Shown piece by piece: positions 49,745-53,446 of a stretch of 53,446 nucleotides of DNA. Position 1 is the stretch's first letter. Every line of letters starts with the position of its first letter. Location of the stretch: positions 1 through 53,446 of the forward strand of contig JANLYY010000088.1 in NCBI GenBank assembly GCA_031365885.1, read 5' to 3'. The notes beneath the pieces were generated by a model, which was not told the origin of the DNA, did no database searches, and was given only the letters and a program-made list of their open reading frames with translations. A program made the position numbers and the translations under genes. This stretch comes from Polaromonas sp. GTDB lineage: Bacteria > Pseudomonadota > Gammaproteobacteria > Burkholderiales > Burkholderiaceae_C.

Positions 49745-51352
49745 TTACTTGCTCACTCTGAACATATAGGTGGTGTCCGATGTCGGGCCGATCTTCAGGT
49801 TGTTCACGTCGGTGCGCATGGCCGCCACTTCCAGCTGCTGGAACAGCATGATGAAGGGGCTGGTCTTGCGGAACTCGGCCTGCATTTCTTCATACATCAC
49901 CTTGCGCTTGCCGGCGTCGCGCTCCAGCACCGCCGCATCGGCTTTTTTGGTCAGGTCGGGCGTGGCCCAGGCATTGCGCCAGGCCAGCGGTTTGGCTTTG
50001 GCCTCGTCGCTGTTATCCGGGTTTTGGACAAAGGTGGCATTGGTGTGCGGGTCCCAGTAGTCAGCGCCCCACTGGCCGATGTACATGTCGTGCGTGCGGG
50101 CGCGGTACTTGGTCAGCGTCTGCTTGCCGTCGCCGGGCAAAATTTCAATGTCAACGCCCGCCCGCTTGGCGGTCTGCTGAAAGGCTTCGGTGATGCCCTG
50201 TACCGGCTGCGTGGTACGCATGTCGATGGTCAGCTTGAAGCCATTGGGCAGGCCCGCTTTGGTCAGCAGCGCCTTGGCCTTGTCCACGTCGAGCTTGTAG
50301 GGCATTTCCTTGCTGGCACCCAGCAAGCCAGCCGGCATGAAGTTCTGGTTCACCATGCCGATATTTTTGATCAGCGTGTCGCCGATGGCCGAATAATCGA
50401 CCAGCCATTTCAGCGCCTCGCGCACTTCAGGCTTGGCCAGGTTCGGGTTTTTCTGGTTCAAGCCGATGTAGTACACCGTGCCCTTGGGCGTCGAGGTGGT
50501 TTTGATTGCCTTGTTGGCCACCAGTGCGGCCAGGTCTTCCGGCGACAGGTTGCGCGCAATGTCCACATCACCTTTTTCCAGCAGCAGGCGCTGGGTTGCG
50601 GCTTCCTTGACGTGGCGGTAAATCACGCGCGCCATCCTGGATTTTTCGCCGTAGTAGTTGTCGTTGCGCTCCAGCGCGACGATCTCGTTGGCGCGCCATT
50701 CGCGCAGCTTCAGCGGGCCGGAGCCTGCATAGTTGGTCTTCAGCCAGGCATAGCCCATGTCACCGTTGACTTCTTTCGACATCACCAGCTTTTTGTCGAT
50801 GATGGACGCCACGTTGGCCGTCAGGCAGTTATAGACAAAGGTCGCCGCGTAGCTCTTGTCGGTTTCAAAAGTCAGCGTTAGCGGGCCGGTGGCTTTGACT
50901 TTGTCCTTCACGTTGTCTTTGGTCAAACCGAACTGGCCGAGGATGAACGCGGGTGACTTGTCGAGCAGCACTGCGCGTTGAAAAGAGAACGCCACATCGT
51001 CCGCGGTGAGCGGATTGCCCGAGGCAAACTTGAGACCCGGCTTCAGTTCAAAATTGTAGGTCTTGCCATCAGCCGAAACCGACCAGGTTTTAGCGACGTC
51101 GCCAATCAGTTTGGACGGCTCATTCACGTCGAAACGCAGCAGCCGGTCATAGCTGTTGCCCATGATCTCGCCAGCCGAAATCTCGAAGGCCTCGCTCGGG
51201 TCCATCGTGATGATGTCGTCGATAGCCCAGGCCACCACCAGCGTGTCTTTGGGCGTGGCGGCCAGGGCTGCGGGGCCGTAGCAGACAAGCACGACGGCCG
51301 TGACAGTGGCAGCCAGTGCCCGGCGCGTGAAAGTGGGGGCGAAATGTTTCAA
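49745..51352 (-). CDS. Peptide ABC transporter substrate-binding protein (family 5, DppA/DdpA-like)
   Basis: Signal peptide, LKFASGNPLTADDV, GSGP, VREALK; TTG start after AAGGAA inferred. Confidence 0.93.
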   Translation of the reverse strand: MKHFAPTFTRRALAATVTAVVLVCYGPAALAATPKDTLVVAWAIDDIITMDPSEAFEISAGEIMGNSYDRLLRFDVNEPSKLIGDVAKTWSVSADGKTYNFELKPGLKFASGNPLTADDVAFSFQRAVLLDKSPAFILGQFGLTKDNVKDKVKATGPLTLTFETDKSYAATFVYNCLTANVASIIDKKLVMSKEVNGDMGYAWLKTNYAGSGPLKLREWRANEIVALERNDNYYGEKSRMARVIYRHVKEAATQRLLLEKGDVDIARNLSPEDLAALVANKAIKTTSTPKGTVYYIGLNQKNPNLAKPEVREALKWLVDYSAIGDTLIKNIGMVNQNFMPAGLLGASKEMPYKLDVDKAKALLTKAGLPNGFKLTIDMRTTQPVQGITEAFQQTAKRAGVDIEILPGDGKQTLTKYRARTHDMYIGQWGADYWDPHTNATFVQNPDNSDEAKAKPLAWRNAWATPDLTKKADAAVLERDAGKRKVMYEEMQAEFRKTSPFIMLFQQLEVAAMRTDVNNLKIGPTSDTTYMFRVSK

Positions 51353-51525
51353 GATAGCTTCCTTCAGGGTGAACCAGGAAATCACAAGACTGTTGCCGCA
51401 GCGGCAACATTGAATTAGCGGTACCTACGAATCATGCCCTATGCCGGCTTGGTTCGGCGGTAGGACACCACCGGAGTCAAGCGATTCTGTGGTGGAAACA
51501 TAAGGTGGTGTTGCTCGCTGGCCGG

Positions 51526-52590
51526 TCAATGCGTACTGACCGTCGGCGGCCGGTACCCTTTTTCAAGACGCCGGTGCATCACCGCAAACCACAGCGGCGG
51601 CAGCATCGCCAGCAAAATGCAGCCGGCATAACCCGTCGGCAATTGCGGGCCGGGCAGCAGCGCCAGCGTGGGGTAGGGCTTCCAGGCGTGCATGTGGTGG
51701 TCAGAGTGCCGCTGCAAGTTGACCAGCATGCTGTTGGACACCACATGGTCGGCGTTCCACGCGTGCATCATGCCGAAGGGTTCGGGCTTGCTGCTCGCTA
51801 CATTACCGGCGAGCTGGCGCTGCAATCCGTAGTGCTCGATGTAGTTCACAATCTCCAGCAGCACAAACGCAATGACTGATTGCGCGGCGAAAAATGCTAT
51901 GTATTTAATAGCTGCTTGCGCAGGTAAATAAAGGGCTACAAGCACAAACAGCATCAAAGACAAGGCAGAACTCCAGACCAGCGGGCTGCACCACCAACGC
52001 TGTCCAAACTGTGCCAGGCGCTGCGCTTCCAGCCGCCAGCCGCTGACCCAACTGCCCCACACACTGCGTGGCAAAAAGTGATACAGGCTTTCGCCATAGC
52101 GGGCCGATGCCGGGTCGGCCCGCGTGGCGGCGCGCGGGTGATGACCCCGGTAATGTTCGACCATGAAGTGGCCATAGCAAACGCTGGTCATCAGCACCCA
52201 GGCGCAAAAACGGTCAGTCTTCGATTTGCTGTGGCCCAGCTCGTGCGCAAAGGTAATGCCCTGCGAGCCGGTGATAAAGCCGACGCTGAAAGCAATGCCC
52301 AGCACCACGGGCCATTCAGCATTGACGGCGGCATAGGCACCGGCTGCAATCAACGCCAATTGCAGCGGCACATACAGCCGCAATACCCACTGAAAATAAG
52401 CTGGGCTGGCGGCAGGTCCGAGCGGCGCGGGCGACCTTTTTCCGCCCGGCAGCAGCGCGTCGAGCAAGGCGATACCCCACCAGACTGCCAGTGTCGATAG
52501 CGCCGTGTAGGCAGGCACCAGCAGCACGGTAAAAATCGCCAGCAAGGGCAGTAGCCAGGCGACGAGGAAACGCAGATCGGAGGTACGCAT
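51526..52590 (-). CDS. alkB: Alkane 1-monooxygenase (AlkB-like membrane diiron enzyme)
   Basis: HELGH, EHYRGHH, NYIEHYG, LQRHSDHH, PQLPTGY. Confidence 0.88.
   Translation of the reverse strand: MRTSDLRFLVAWLLPLLAIFTVLLVPAYTALSTLAVWWGIALLDALLPGGKRSPAPLGPAASPAYFQWVLRLYVPLQLALIAAGAYAAVNAEWPVVLGIAFSVGFITGSQGITFAHELGHSKSKTDRFCAWVLMTSVCYGHFMVEHYRGHHPRAATRADPASARYGESLYHFLPRSVWGSWVSGWRLEAQRLAQFGQRWWCSPLVWSSALSLMLFVLVALYLPAQAAIKYIAFFAAQSVIAFVLLEIVNYIEHYGLQRQLAGNVASSKPEPFGMMHAWNADHVVSNSMLVNLQRHSDHHMHAWKPYPTLALLPGPQLPTGYAGCILLAMLPPLWFAVMHRRLEKGYRPPTVSTH
51896..51938 (-). repeat. 43-bp dispersed element, copy 13, in frame inside alkB
   Basis: Minus strand tagccctttatttacctgcgcaagcagctattaaatacatagc, translated as VALYLPAQAAIKYIA. 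Confidence 0.92.
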
Positions 52591-52701
52591 AGCGGTTACT
52601 TTCTCACAGCGCTTCCAGTGCGGCAAGAGGGGAAACTGCATCGGGTGAATTGGTATCCTTTCAGCCCGGCAACTTGCGCTGCGTACCGGCGGTTGGCGCC
52701 A

Positions 52702-52789
52702 GCTGTCATTCCCGCGAAGGCGGAAATCCAGCTTTGCCCGCACTCGCCTTATTGAGTCTTTGGATCCCCGCCCTCGCGAAGATGACAGC
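52702..52789. repeat. dRS3/RPE-like palindromic repeat, copy B
   Basis: gctgtcattcccgcgaaggcggaaatccag...tggatccccgccctcgcgaagatgacagc. Confidence 0.85.
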
Positions 52790-52853
52790 CAAAAAGCCGC
52801 ATTTTGCAGCGGCATCCAATCCGCAGGCCATCATCGTTCAATACAAACATTAT

Positions 52854-52896
52854 GCTATTAAATAAATAGCTGCTTGCGCAGGTAAATCGCGGGCTA
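52854..52896 (-). repeat. 43-bp dispersed element, copy 14
   Basis: Minus strand tagcccgcgatttacctgcgcaagcagctatttatttaatagc. Confidence 0.9.
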
Positions 52897-52924
52897 GAGC
52901 CAATTTTTTATATCAGGCCGGGCA

Positions 52925-53446
<522 letters not shown>

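Noticed and set aside
52591-52815. N-terminal extension of AlkB in the ORF track
   Set aside because: It runs through the dRS3-like palindrome and is not protein-like; the start at 52590 is more plausible.

Overview
GC-rich betaproteobacterial chromosome segment; gene content and style suggest Comamonadaceae such as Polaromonas or Rhodoferax (inference). It runs from tkt-gap to the 3' end of uvrA. It contains mntH, an orphan HipA-like yjjJ toxin, a cluster of small detoxification genes with a divergent TetR, a sigma54 two-component system with a visible target promoter, and assorted enzymes. It also holds a toxin-antitoxin/defence-like island at about 29.9-39.9 kb (Fic remnants, VapBC, DinJ-YafQ, DUF2130, an AT-rich RloC-like ABC ATPase, a NERD-helicase), a dpp-type peptide ABC operon and an AlkB-type monooxygenase. 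No rRNA, tRNA, CRISPR array, transposase or integrase was seen. The most striking non-genic signal is a 43-bp element of invariant length (TAGCCC-N11-GCGYAAGCAGCTAT-N7-ATAGC) found 14 times. One copy is translated in frame inside alkB, and four copies delimit cassette-like modules at the edge of the island. All product names come from motif recognition; no database search was run.
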